Positions 27,601-42,600 of a stretch of DNA of 64,000 bases are shown here, one piece after another (position 1 is the stretch's first letter; the number at the start of each line of letters is the position of its first letter). The notes beneath the pieces are model-generated. The model was not told where the DNA came from and ran no database searches. It was given only the letters and a program-made list of their open reading frames with translations. This DNA is from Lingula anatina. Its lineage: Eukaryota; Animalia; Brachiopoda. A program made the position numbers and the translations under genes. The stretch covers positions 12,152,001 to 12,216,000 of the forward strand of contig CM120642.1 in assembly GCA_051362555.1 (NCBI GenBank), in the 5' to 3' direction.

Positions 27601-30600
27601 AGCACTTTATTCTGACTACAAATGACCAAACACACCTACCAGACACTATAATGAAGAAAAAAATTTTTCAACCCTACCTGGCCAAAATTGAAGAAAACTG
27701 CCATATCCGGACCTTACGAAAATCACTCAAAATCACCCAAAAATGACCCGTCACCAAATTTTCCAAAAAGTGATGAAAATCAATCTACCACACCTGTCAT
27801 TCATAAAAAATGTGGAAACGCGCCCGGATCACTTCATTAAAGCCCCCAATTTCAGCTTTAAAGATGGCCAAAAAGCACACCTGAGAACAGGATTTGGAGA
27901 GAGGGGGGGTGGAGAGAGTTTTTGCTCTATTTCTTCCTTAATAATGACACAACCACTCTTCCAGCACTTTATTCTGACTACAAATGACCAAACACACCTA
28001 CCAGACACTATAATGAAGAAAAAAATTTTTCAACCCTACCTGGCCAAAATTGAAGAAAACTGCCATATCCGGACCTTACGAAAATCACTCAAAATCACCC
28101 AAAAATGACCCGTCACCAAATTTTCCAAAAAGTGATGAAAATCAATCTACCACACCTGTCATTCATAAAAAATGTGGAAACGCGCCCGGATCACTTCATT
28201 AAAGCCCCCAATTTCAGCTTTAAAGATGGCCAAAAAGCACACCTGAGAACAGGATTTGGAGAGAGGGGGGGTGGAGAGAGTTTTTGCTCTATTTCTTCCT
28301 TAATAATGACACAACCACTCTTCCAGCACTTTATTCTGACTACAAATGACCAAACACACCTACCAGACACTATAATGAAGAAAAAAATTTTTCAACCCTA
28401 CCTGGCCAAAATTGAAGAAAACTGCCATATCCGGACCTTACGAAAATCACTCAAAATCACCCAAAAATGACCCGTCACCAAATTTTCCAAAAAGTGATGA
28501 AAATCAATCTACCACACCTGTCATTCATAAAAAATGTGGAAACGCGCCCGGATCACTTCATTAAAGCCCCCAATTTCAGCTTTAAAGATGGCCAAAAAGC
28601 ACACCTGAGAACAGGATTTGGAGAGAGGGGGGGTGGAGAGAGTTTTTGCTCTATTTCTTCCTTAATAATGACACAACCACTCTTCCAGCACTTTATTCTG
28701 ACTACAAATGACCAAACACACCTACCAGACACTATAATGAAGAAAAAAATTTTTCAACCCTACCTGGCCAAAATTGAAGAAAACTGCCATATCCGGACCT
28801 TACGAAAATCACTCAAAATCACCCAAAAATGACCCGTCACCAAATTTTCCAAAAAGTGATGAAAATCAATCTACCACACCTGTCATTCATAAAAAATGTG
28901 GAAACGCGCCCGGATCACTTCATTAAAGCCCCCAATTTCAGCTTTAAAGATGGCCAAAAAGCACACCTGAGAACAGGATTTGGAGAGAGGGGGGGTGGAG
29001 AGAGTTTTTGCTCTATTTCTTCCTTAATAATGACACAACCACTCTTCCAGCACTTTATTCTGACTACAAATGACCAAACACACCTACCAGACACTATAAT
29101 GAAGAAAAAAATTTTTCAACCCTACCTGGCCAAAATTGAAGAAAACTGCCATATCCGGACCTTACGAAAATCACTCAAAATCACCCAAAAATGACCCGTC
29201 ACCAAATTTTCCAAAAAGTGATGAAAATCAATCTACCACACCTGTCATTCATAAAAAATGTGGAAACGCGCCCGGATCACTTCATTAAAGCCCCCAATTT
29301 CAGCTTTAAAGATGGCCAAAAAGCACACCTGAGAACAGGATTTGGAGAGAGGGGGGGTGGAGAGAGTTTTTGCTCTATTTCTTCCTTAATAATGACACAA
29401 CCACTCTTCCAGCACTTTATTCTGACTACAAATGACCAAACACACCTACCAGACACTATAATGAAGAAAAAAATTTTTCAACCCTACCTGGCCAAAATTG
29501 AAGAAAACTGCCATATCCGGACCTTACGAAAATCACTCAAAATCACCCAAAAATGACCCGTCACCAAATTTTCCAAAAAGTGATGAAAATCAATCTACCA
29601 CACCTGTCATTCATAAAAAATGTGGAAACGCGCCCGGATCACTTCATTAAAGCCCCCAATTTCAGCTTTAAAGATGGCCAAAAAGCACACCTGAGAACAG
29701 GATTTGGAGAGAGGGGGGGTGGAGAGAGTTTTTGCTCTATTTCTTCCTTAATAATGACACAACCACTCTTCCAGCACTTTATTCTGACTACAAATGACCA
29801 AACACACCTACCAGACACTATAATGAAGAAAAAAATTTTTCAACCCTACCTGGCCAAAATTGAAGAAAACTGCCATATCCGGACCTTACGAAAATCACTC
29901 AAAATCACCCAAAAATGACCCGTCACCAAATTTTCCAAAAAGTGATGAAAATCAATCTACCACACCTGTCATTCATAAAAAATGTGGAAACGCGCCCGGA
30001 TCACTTCATTAAAGCCCCCAATTTCAGCTTTAAAGATGGCCAAAAAGCACACCTGAGAACAGGATTTGGAGAGAGGGGGGGTGGAGAGAGTTTTTGCTCT
30101 ATTTCTTCCTTAATAATGACACAACCACTCTTCCAGCACTTTATTCTGACTACAAATGACCAAACACACCTACCAGACACTATAATGAAGAAAAAAATTT
30201 TTCAACCCTACCTGGCCAAAATTGAAGAAAACTGCCATATCCGGACCTTACGAAAATCACTCAAAATCACCCAAAAATGACCCGTCACCAAATTTTCCAA
30301 AAAGTGATGAAAATCAATCTACCACACCTGTCATTCATAAAAAATGTGGAAACGCGCCCGGATCACTTCATTAAAGCCCCCAATTTCAGCTTTAAAGATG
30401 GCCAAAAAGCACACCTGAGAACAGGATTTGGAGAGAGGGGGGGTGGAGAGAGTTTTTGCTCTATTTCTTCCTTAATAATGACACAACCACTCTTCCAGCA
30501 CTTTATTCTGACTACAAATGACCAAACACACCTACCAGACACTATAATGAAGAAAAAAATTTTTCAACCCTACCTGGCCAAAATTGAAGAAAACTGCCAT

Positions 30601-33600
30601 ATCCGGACCTTACGAAAATCACTCAAAATCACCCAAAAATGACCCGTCACCAAATTTTCCAAAAAGTGATGAAAATCAATCTACCACACCTGTCATTCAT
30701 AAAAAATGTGGAAACGCGCCCGGATCACTTCATTAAAGCCCCCAATTTCAGCTTTAAAGATGGCCAAAAAGCACACCTGAGAACAGGATTTGGAGAGAGG
30801 GGGGGTGGAGAGAGTTTTTGCTCTATTTCTTCCTTAATAATGACACAACCACTCTTCCAGCACTTTATTCTGACTACAAATGACCAAACACACCTACCAG
30901 ACACTATAATGAAGAAAAAAATTTTTCAACCCTACCTGGCCAAAATTGAAGAAAACTGCCATATCCGGACCTTACGAAAATCACTCAAAATCACCCAAAA
31001 ATGACCCGTCACCAAATTTTCCAAAAAGTGATGAAAATCAATCTACCACACCTGTCATTCATAAAAAATGTGGAAACGCGCCCGGATCACTTCATTAAAG
31101 CCCCCAATTTCAGCTTTAAAGATGGCCAAAAAGCACACCTGAGAACAGGATTTGGAGAGAGGGGGGGTGGAGAGAGTTTTTGCTCTATTTCTTCCTTAAT
31201 AATGACACAACCACTCTTCCAGCACTTTATTCTGACTACAAATGACCAAACACACCTACCAGACACTATAATGAAGAAAAAAATTTTTCAACCCTACCTG
31301 GCCAAAATTGAAGAAAACTGCCATATCCGGACCTTACGAAAATCACTCAAAATCACCCAAAAATGACCCGTCACCAAATTTTCCAAAAAGTGATGAAAAT
31401 CAATCTACCACACCTGTCATTCATAAAAAATGTGGAAACGCGCCCGGATCACTTCATTAAAGCCCCCAATTTCAGCTTTAAAGATGGCCAAAAAGCACAC
31501 CTGAGAACAGGATTTGGAGAGAGGGGGGGTGGAGAGAGTTTTTGCTCTATTTCTTCCTTAATAATGACACAACCACTCTTCCAGCACTTTATTCTGACTA
31601 CAAATGACCAAACACACCTACCAGACACTATAATGAAGAAAAAAATTTTTCAACCCTACCTGGCCAAAATTGAAGAAAACTGCCATATCCGGACCTTACG
31701 AAAATCACTCAAAATCACCCAAAAATGACCCGTCACCAAATTTTCCAAAAAGTGATGAAAATCAATCTACCACACCTGTCATTCATAAAAAATGTGGAAA
31801 CGCGCCCGGATCACTTCATTAAAGCCCCCAATTTCAGCTTTAAAGATGGCCAAAAAGCACACCTGAGAACAGGATTTGGAGAGAGGGGGGGTGGAGAGAG
31901 TTTTTGCTCTATTTCTTCCTTAATAATGACACAACCACTCTTCCAGCACTTTATTCTGACTACAAATGACCAAACACACCTACCAGACACTATAATGAAG
32001 AAAAAAATTTTTCAACCCTACCTGGCCAAAATTGAAGAAAACTGCCATATCCGGACCTTACGAAAATCACTCAAAATCACCCAAAAATGACCCGTCACCA
32101 AATTTTCCAAAAAGTGATGAAAATCAATCTACCACACCTGTCATTCATAAAAAATGTGGAAACGCGCCCGGATCACTTCATTAAAGCCCCCAATTTCAGC
32201 TTTAAAGATGGCCAAAAAGCACACCTGAGAACAGGATTTGGAGAGAGGGGGGGTGGAGAGAGTTTTTGCTCTATTTCTTCCTTAATAATGACACAACCAC
32301 TCTTCCAGCACTTTATTCTGACTACAAATGACCAAACACACCTACCAGACACTATAATGAAGAAAAAAATTTTTCAACCCTACCTGGCCAAAATTGAAGA
32401 AATCTGCCATATCCGGACCTTACGAAAATCACTCAAAATCACCCAAAAATGACCTGTCACCAAATTTTCCAAAAAGTGATGAAAATCAATCTACCACACC
32501 TGTCATTCATAAAAAATGTGGAAACGCGCCCGGATCACTTCATTAAAGCCCCCAATTTCAGCTTTAAAGATGGCCAAAAAGCACACCTGAGAACAGGATT
32601 TGGAGAGAGGGGGGGTGGAGAGAGTTTTTGCTCTATTTCTTCCTTAATAGTGACACAACCACTCTTCCAGCACTTTATTCTGACTACAAATGACCAAACA
32701 CACCTACCAGACACTATAATGAAGAAAAAAATTTTTCAACCCTACCTGGCCAAAATTGAAGAAAACTGCCATATCCGGACCTTACGAAAATCACTCAAAA
32801 TCACCCAAAAATGACCCGTCACCAAATTTTCCAAAAAGTGATGAAAATCAATCTACCACACCTGTCATTCATAAAAAATGTGGAAACGCGCCCGGATCAC
32901 TTCATTAAAGCCCCCAATTTCAGCTTTAAAGATGGCCAAAAAGCACACCTGAGAACAGGATTTGGAGAGAGGGGGGGTGGAGAGAGTTTTTGCTCTATTT
33001 CTTCCTTAATAATGACACAACCACTCTTCCAGCACTTTATTCTGACTACAAATGACCAAACACACCTACCAGACACTATAATGAAGAAAAAAATTTTTCA
33101 ACCCTACCTGGCCAAAATTGAAGAAAACTGCCATATCCGGACCTTACGAAAATCACTCAAAATCACCCAAAAATGACCCGTCACCAAATTTTCCAAAAAG
33201 TGATGAAAATCAATCTACCACACCTGTCATTCATAAAAAATGTGGAAACGCGCCCGGATCACTTCATTAAAGCCCCCAATTTCAGCTTTAAAGATGGCCA
33301 AAAAGCACACCTGAGAACAGGATTTGGAGAGAGGGGGGGTGGAGAGAGTTTTTGCTCTATTTCTTCCTTAATAATGACACAACCACTCTTCCAGCACTTT
33401 ATTCTGACTACAAATGACCAAACACACCTACCAGACACTATAATGAAGAAAAAAATTTTTCAACCCTACCTGGCCAAAATTGAAGAAAACTGCCATATCC
33501 GGACCTTACGAAAATCACTCAAAATCACCCAAAAATGACCCGTCACCAAATTTTCCAAAAAGTGATGAAAATCAATCTACCACACCTGTCATTCATAAAA

Positions 33601-36600
33601 AATGTGGAAACGCGCCCGGATCACTTCATTAAAGCCCCCAATTTCAGCTTTAAAGATGGCCAAAAAGCACACCTGAGAACAGGATTTGGAGAGAGGGGGG
33701 GTGGAGAGAGTTTTTGCTCTATTTCTTCCTTAATAATGACACAACCACTCTTCCAGCACTTTATTCTGACTACAAATGACCAAACACACCTACCAGACAC
33801 TATAATGAAGAAAAAAATTTTTCAACCCTACCTGGCCAAAATTGAAGAAAACTGCCATATCCGGACCTTACGAAAATCACTCAAAATCACCCAAAAATGA
33901 CCCGTCACCAAATTTTCCAAAAAGTGATGAAAATCAATCTACCACACCTGTCATTCATAAAAAATGTGGAAACGCGCCCGGATCACTTCATTAAAGCCCC
34001 CAATTTCAGCTTTAAAGATGGCCAAAAAGCACACCTGAGAACAGGATTTGGAGAGAGGGGGGGTGGAGAGAGTTTTTGCTCTATTTCTTCCTTAATAATG
34101 ACACAACCACTCTTCCAGCACTTTATTCTGACTACAAATGACCAAACACACCTACCACCTACCAGACACTATAATGAAGAAAAAAATTTTTCAACCCTAC
34201 CTGGCCAAAATTGAAGAAAACTGCCATAATCGGACCTTACGAAAATCACTCAAAATCACCCAAAAATGACCCGTCACCAAATTTTCCAAAAAGTGATGAA
34301 AATCAATCTACCACACCTGTCATTCATAAAAAATGTGGAAACGCGCCCGGATCACTTCATTAAAGCCCCCAATTTCAGCTTTAAAGATGGCCAAAAAGCA
34401 CACCTGAGAACAGGATTTGGAGAGAGGGGGGGTGGAGAGAGTTTTTGCTCTATTTCTTCCTTAATAATGACACAACCACTCTTCCAGCACTTTATTCTGA
34501 CTACAAATGACCAAACACACCTACCAGACACTATAATGAAGAAAAAAATTTTTCAACCCTACCTGGCCAAAATTGAAGAAAACTGCCATATCCGGACCTT
34601 ACGAAAATCACTCAAAATCACCCAAAAATGACCCGTCACCAAATTTTCCAAAAAGTGATGAAAATCAATCTACCACACCTGTCATTCATAAAAAATGTGG
34701 AAACGCGCCCGGATCACTTCATTAAAGCCCCCAATTTCAGCTTTAAAGATGGCCAAAAAGCACACCTGAGAACAGGATTTGGAGAGAGGGGGGGTGGAGA
34801 GAGTTTTTGCTCTATTTCTTCCTTAATAATGACACAACCACTCTTCCAGCACTTTATTCTGACTACAAATGACCAAACACACCTACCAGACACTATAATG
34901 AAGAAAAAAATTTTTCAACCCTACCTGGCCAAAATTGAAGAAAACTGCCATATCCGGACCTTACGAAAATCACTCAAAATCACCCAAAAATGACCCGTCA
35001 CCAAATTTCCAAAAAGTGATGAAAATCAATCTACCACACCTGTCATTCATAAAAAATGTGGAAACGCGCCCGGATCACTTCATTAAAGCCCCCAATTTCA
35101 GCTTTAAAGATGGCCAAAAAGCACACCTGAGAACAGGATTTGGAGAGAGGGGGGGTGGAGAGAGTTTTTTGCTCTATTTCTTCCTTAATAATGACACAAC
35201 CACTCTTCCAGCACTTTATTCTGACTACAAATGACCAAACACACCTACCAGACACTATAATGAAGAAAAAAATTTTTCAACCCTACCTGGCCAAAATTGA
35301 AGAAAACTGCCATATCCGGACCTTACGAAAATCACTCAAAATCACCCAAAAATGACCCGTCACCAAATTTTCCAAAAAGTGATGAAAATCAATCTACCAC
35401 ACCTGTCATTCATAAAAAATGTGGAAACGCGCCCGGATCACTTCATTAAAGCCCCCAATTTCAGCTTTAAAGATGGCCAAAAAGCACACCTGAGAACAGG
35501 ATTTGGAGAGAGGGGGGGTGGAGAGAGTTTTTGCTCTATTTCTTCCTTAATAATGACACAACCACTCTTCCAGCACTTTATTCTGACTACAAATGACCAA
35601 ACACACCTACCAGACACTATAATGAAGAAAAAAATTTTTCAACCCTACCTGGCCAAAATTGAAGAAAACTGCCATATCCGGACCTTACGAAAATCACTCA
35701 AAATCACCCAAAAATGACCCGTCACCAAATTTTCCAAAAAGTGATGAAAATCAATCTACCACACCTGTCATTCATAAAAAATGTGGAAACGCGCCCGGAT
35801 CACTTCATTAAAGCCCCCAATTTCAGCTTTAAAGATGGCCAAAAAGCACACCTGAGAACAGGATTTGGAGAGAGGGGGGGTGGAGAGAGTTTTTGCTCTA
35901 TTTCTTCCTTAATAATGACACAACCACTCTTCCAGCACTTTATTCTGACTACAAATGACCAAACACACCTACCAGACACTATAATGAAGAAAAAATTTTT
36001 CAACCCTACCTGGCCAAAATTGAAGAAAACTGCCATATCCGGACCTTACGAAAATCACTCAAAATCACCCAAAAATGACCCGTCACCAAATTTTCCAAAA
36101 AGTGATGAAAATCAATCTACCACACCTGTCATTCATAAAAAATGTGGAAACGCGCCCGGATCACTTCATTAAAGCCCCAATTTCAGCTTTAAAGATGGCC
36201 AAAAAGCACACCTGAGAACAGGATTTGGAGAGAGGGGGGGTGGAGAGAGTTTTTGCTCTATTTCTTCCTTAATAATGACACAACCACTCTTCCAGCACTT
36301 TATTCTGACTACAAATGACCAAACACACCTACCAGACACTATAATGAAGAAAAAAATTTTTCAACCCTACCTGGCCAAAATTGAAGAAAACTGCCATATC
36401 CGGACCTTACGAAAATCACTCAAAATCACCCAAAAATGACCCGTCACCAAATTTTCCAAAAAGTGATGAAAATCAATCTACCACACCTGTCATTCATAAA
36501 AAATGTGGAAACGCGCCCGGATCACTTCATTAAAGCCCCCAATTTCAGCTTTAAAGATGGCCAAAAAGCACACCTGAGAACAGGATTTGGAGAGAGGGGG

Positions 36601-39600
36601 GGTGGAGAGAGTTTTTGCTCTATTTCTTCCTTAATAATGACACAACCACTCTTCCAGCACTTTATTCTGACTACAAATGACCAAACACACCTACCAGACA
36701 CTATAATGAAGAAAAAAATTTTTCAACCCTACCTGGCCAAAATTGAAGAAAACTGCCATATCCGGACCTTACGAAAATCACTCAAAATCACCCAAAAATG
36801 ACCCGTCACCAAATTTTCCAAAAGTGATGAAAATCAATCTACCACACCTGTCATTCATAAAAAATGTGGAAACGCGCCCGGATCACTTCATTAAAGCCCC
36901 CAATTTCAGCTTTAAAGATGGCCAAAAAGCACACCTGAGAACAGGATTTGGAGAGAGGGGGGGTGGAGAGAGTTTTTGCTCTATTTCTTCCTTAATAATG
37001 ACACAACCACTCTTCCAGCACTTTATTCTGACTACAAATGACCAAACACACCTACCAGACACTATAATGAAGAAAAAAATTTTTCAACCCTACCTGGCCA
37101 AAATTGAAGAAAACTGCCATATCCGGACCTTACGAAAATCACTCAAAATCACCCAAAAATGACCCGTCACCAAATTTTCCAAAAAGTGATGAAAATCAAT
37201 CTACCACACCTGTCATTCATAAAAAATGTGGAAACGCGCCCGGATCACTTCATTAAAGCCCCCAATTTCAGCTTTAAAGATGGCCAAAAAGCACACCTGA
37301 GAACAGGATTTGGAGAGAGGGGGGGTGGAGAGAGTTTTTGCTCTATTTCTTCCTTAATAATGACACAACCACTCTTCCAGCACTTTATTCTGACTACAAA
37401 TGACCAAACACACCTACCAGACACTATAATGAAGAAAAAAATTTTTCAACCCTACCTGGCCAAAATTGAAGAAAACTGCCATATCCGGACCTTACGAAAA
37501 TCACTCAAAATCACCCAAAAATGACCCGTCACCAAATTTTCCAAAAAGTGATGAAAATCAATCTACCACACCTGTCATTCATAAAAAATGTGGAAACGCG
37601 CCCGGATCACTTCATTAAAGCCCCCAATTTCAGCTTTAAAGATGGCCAAAAAGCACACCTGAGAACAGGATTTGGAGAGAGGGGGGGTGGAGAGAGTTTT
37701 TGCTCTATTTCTTCCTTAATAATGACACAACCACTCTTCCAGCACTTTATTCTGACTACAAATGACCAAACACACCTACCAGACACTATAATGAAGAAAA
37801 AAATTTTTCAACCCTACCTGGCCAAAATTGAAGAAAACTGCCATATCCGGACCTTACGAAAATCACTCAAAATCACCCAAAAATGACCCGTCACCAAATT
37901 TTCCAAAAAGTGATGAAAATCAATCTACCACACCTGTCATTCATAAAAAATGTGGAAACGCGCCCGGATCACTTCATTAAAGCCCCCAATTTCAGCTTTA
38001 AAGATGGCCAAAAAGCACACCTGAGAACAGGATTTGGAGAGAGGGGGGGTGGAGAGAGTTTTTGCTCTATTTCTTCCTTAATAATGACACAACCACTCTT
38101 CCAGCACTTTATTCTGACTACAAATGACCAAACACACCTACCAGACACTATAATGAAGAAAAAAATTTTTCAACCCTACCTGGCCAAAATTGAAGAAAAC
38201 TGCCATATCCGGACCTTACGAAAATCACTCAAAATCACCCAAAAATGACCCGTCACCAAATTTTCCAAAAAGTGATGAAAATCAATCTACCACACCTGTC
38301 ATTCATAAAAAATGTGGAAACGCGCCCGGATCACTTCATTAAAGCCCCCAATTTCAGCTTTAAAGATGGCCAAAAAGCACACCTGAGAACAGGATTTGGA
38401 GAGAGGGGGGGGTGGAGAGAGTTTTTGCTCTATTTCTTCCTTAATAATGACACAACCACTCTTCCAGCACTTTATTCTGACTACAAATGACCAAACACAC
38501 CTACCAGACACTATAATGAAGAAAAAAATTTTTCAACCCTACCTGGCCAAAATTGAAGAAAACTGCCATATCCGGACCTTACGAAAATCACTCAAAATCA
38601 CCCAAAAATGACCCGTCACCAAATTTTCCAAAAAGTGATGAAAATCAATCTACCACACCTGTCATTCATAAAAAATGTGGAAACGCGCCCGGATCACTTC
38701 ATTAAAGCCCCCAATTTCAGCTTTAAAGATGGCCAAAAAGCACACCTGAGAACAGGATTTGGAGAGAGGGGGGGTGGAGAGAGTTTTTGCTCTATTTCTT
38801 CCTTAATAATGACACAACCACTCTTCCAGCACTTTATTCTGACTACAAATGACCAAACACACCTACCAGACACTATAATGAAGAAAAAAATTTTTCAACC
38901 CTACCTGGCCAAAATTGAAGAAAACTGCCATATCCGGACCTTACGAAAATCACTCAAAATCACCCAAAAATGACCCGTCACCAAATTTTCCAAAAAGTGA
39001 TGAAAATCAATCTACCACACCTGTCATTCATAAAAAATGTGGAAACGCGCCCGGATCACTTCATTAAAGCCCCCAATTCAGCTTTAAAGATGGCCAAAAA
39101 GCACACCTGAGAACAGGATTTGGAGAGAGGGGGGGTGGAGAGAGTTTTTGCTCTATTTCTTCCTTAATAATGACACAACCACTCTTCCAGCACTTTATTC
39201 TGACTACAAATGACCAAACACACCTACCAGACACTATAATGAAGAAAAAAATTTTTCAACCCTACCTGGCCAAAATTGAAGAAAACTGCCATATCCGGAC
39301 CTTACGAAAATCACTCAAAATCACCCAAAAATGACCCGTCACCAAATTTTCCAAAAAGTGATGAAAATCAATCTACCACACCTGTCATTCATAAAAAATG
39401 TGGAAACGCGCCCGGATCACTTCATTAAAGCCCCCAATTTCAGCTTTAAAGATGGCCAAAAAGCACACCTGAGAACAGGATTTGGAGAGAGGGGGGGTGG
39501 AGAGAGTTTTTGCTCTATTTCTTCCTTAATAATGACACAACCACTCTTCCAGCACTTTATTCTGACTACAAATGACCAAACACACCTACCAGACACTATA

Positions 39601-42600
39601 ATGAAGAAAAAAATTTTTCAACCCTACCTGGCCAAAATTGAAGAAAACTGCCATATCCGGACCTTACGAAAATCACTCAAAATCACCCAAAAATGACCCG
39701 TCACCAAATTTTCCAAAAAGTGATGAAAATCAATCTACCACACCTGTCATTCATAAAAAATGTGGAAACGCGCCCGGATCACTTCATTAAAGCCCCCAAT
39801 TTCAGCTTTAAAGATGGCCAAAAAGCACACCTGAGAACAGGATTTGGAGAGAGGGGGGGTGGAGAGAGTTTTTGCTCTATTTCTTCCTTAATAATGACAC
39901 AACCACTCTTCCAGCACTTTATTCTGACTACAAATGACCAAACACACCTACCAGACACTATAATGAAGAAAAAAATTTTTCAACCCTACCTGGCCAAAAT
40001 TGAAGAAAACTGCCATATCCGGACCTTACGAAAATCACTCAAAATCACCCAAAAATGACCCGTCACCAAATTTCCAAAAGTGATGAAAATCAATCTACCA
40101 CACCTGTCATTCATAAAAAATGTGGAAACGCGCCCGGATCACTTCATTAAAGCCCCCAATTTCAGCTTTAAAGATGGCCAAAAAGCACACCTGAGAACAG
40201 GATTTGGAGAGAGGGGGGGTGGAGAGAGTTTTTGCTCTATTTCTTCCTTAATAATGACACAACCACTCTTCCAGCACTTTATTCTGACTACAAATGACCA
40301 AACACACCTACCAGACACTATAATGAAGAAAAAAATTTTTCAACCCTACCTGGCCAAAATTGAAGAAAACTGCCATATCCGGACCTTACGAAAATCACTC
40401 AAAATCACCCAAAAATGACCCGTCACCAAATTTTCCAAAAAGTGATGAAAATCAATCTACCACACCTGTCATTCATAAAAAATGTGGAAACGCGCCCGGA
40501 TCACTTCATTAAAGCCCCCAATTTCAGCTTTAAAGATGGCCAAAAAGCACACCTGAGAACAGGATTTGGAGAGAGGGGGGGTGGAGAGAGTTTTTGCTCT
40601 ATTTCTTCCTTAATAATGACACAACCACTCTTCCAGCACTTTATTCTGACTACAAATGACCAAACACACCTACCAGACACTATAATGAAGAAAAAAATTT
40701 TTCAACCCTACCTGGCCAAAATTGAAGAAAACTGCCATATCCGGACCTTACGAAAATCACTCAAAATCACCCAAAAATGACCCGTCACCAAATTTTCCAA
40801 AAAGTGATGAAAATCAATCTACCACACCTGTCATTCATAAAAAATGTGGAAACGCGCCCGGATCACTTCATTAAAGCCCCCAATTTCAGCTTTAAAGATG
40901 GCCAAAAAGCACACCTGAGAACAGGATTTGGAGAGAGGGGGGGTGGAGAGAGTTTTTGCTCTATTTCTTCCTTAATAATGACACAACCACTCTTCCAGCA
41001 CTTTATTCTGACTACAAATGACCAAACACACCTACCAGACACTATAATGAAGAAAAAAATTTTTCAACCCTACCTGGCCAAAATTGAAGAAAACTGCCAT
41101 ATCCGGACCTTACGAAAATCACTCAAAATCACCCAAAAATGACCCGTCACCAAATTTTCCAAAAAGTGATGAAAATCAATCTACCACACCTGTCATTCAT
41201 AAAAAATGTGGAAACGCGCCCGGATCACTTCATTAAAGCCCCCAATTTCAGCTTTAAAGATGGCCAAAAAGCACACCTGAGAACAGGATTTGGAGAGAGG
41301 GGGGGTGGAGAGAGTTTTTGCTCTATTTCTTCCTTAATAATGACACAACCACTCTTCCAGCACTTTATTCTGACTACAAATGACCAAACACACCTACCAG
41401 ACACTATAATGAAGAAAAAAATTTTTCAACCCTACCTGGCCAAAATTGAAGAAAACTGCCATATCCGGACCTTACGAAAATCACTCAAAATCACCCAAAA
41501 ATGACCCGTCACCAAATTTTCCAAAAAGTGATGAAAATCAATCTACCACACCTGTCATTCATAAAAAATGTGGAAACGCGCCCGGATCACTTCATTAAAG
41601 CCCCCAATTTCAGCTTTAAAGATGGCCAAAAAGCACACCTGAGAACAGGATTTGGAGAGAGGGGGGGTGGAGAGAGTTTTTGCTCTATTTCTTCCTTAAT
41701 AATGACACAACCACTCTTCCAGCACTTTATTCTGACTACAAATGACCAAACACACCTACCAGACACTATAATGAAGAAAAAAATTTTTCAACCCTACCTG
41801 GCCAAAATTGAAGAAAACTGCCATATCCGGACCTTACGAAAATCACTCAAAATCACCCAAAAATGACCCGTCACCAAATTTTCCAAAAAGTGATGAAAAT
41901 CAATCTACCACACCTGTCATTCATAAAAAACGTGGAAACGCGCCCGGATCACTTCATTAAAGCCCCCAATTTCAGCTTTAAAGATGGCCAAAAAGCACAC
42001 CTGAGAACAGGATTTGGAGAGAGGGGGGGTGGAGAGAGTTTTTGCTCTATTTCTTCCTTAATAATGACACAACCACTCTTCCAGCACTTTATTCTGACTA
42101 CAAATGACCAAACACACCTACCAGACACTATAATGAAGAAAAAAATTTTTCAACCCTACCTGGCCAAAATTGAAGAAAACTGCCATATCCGGACCTTACG
42201 AAAATCACTCAAAATCACCCAAAAATGACCCGTCACCAAATTTTCCAAAAAGTGATGAAAATCAATCTACCACACCTGTCATTCATAAAAAATGTGGAAA
42301 CGCGCCCGGATCACTTCATTAAAGCCCCCAATTTCAGCTTTAAAGATGGCCAAAAAGCACACCTGAGAACAGGATTTGGAGAGAGGGGGGGTGGAGAGAG
42401 TTTTTGCTCTATTTCTTCCTTAATAATGACACAACCACTCTTCCAGCACTTTATTCTGACTACAAATGACCAAACACACCTACCAGACACTATAATGAAG
42501 AAAAAAATTTTTCAACCCTACCTGGCCAAAATTGAAGAAAACTGCCATATCCGGACCTTACGAAAATCACTCAAAATCACCCAAAAATGACCCGTCACCA

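Noticed and set aside
34990-40090. Cluster of single-base indels as a biological mutation hotspot or programmed frameshifting
   Set aside because: All are +/-1 changes in homopolymer runs with no accompanying substitutions, which is the typical signature of long-read consensus error in a low-coverage stretch.
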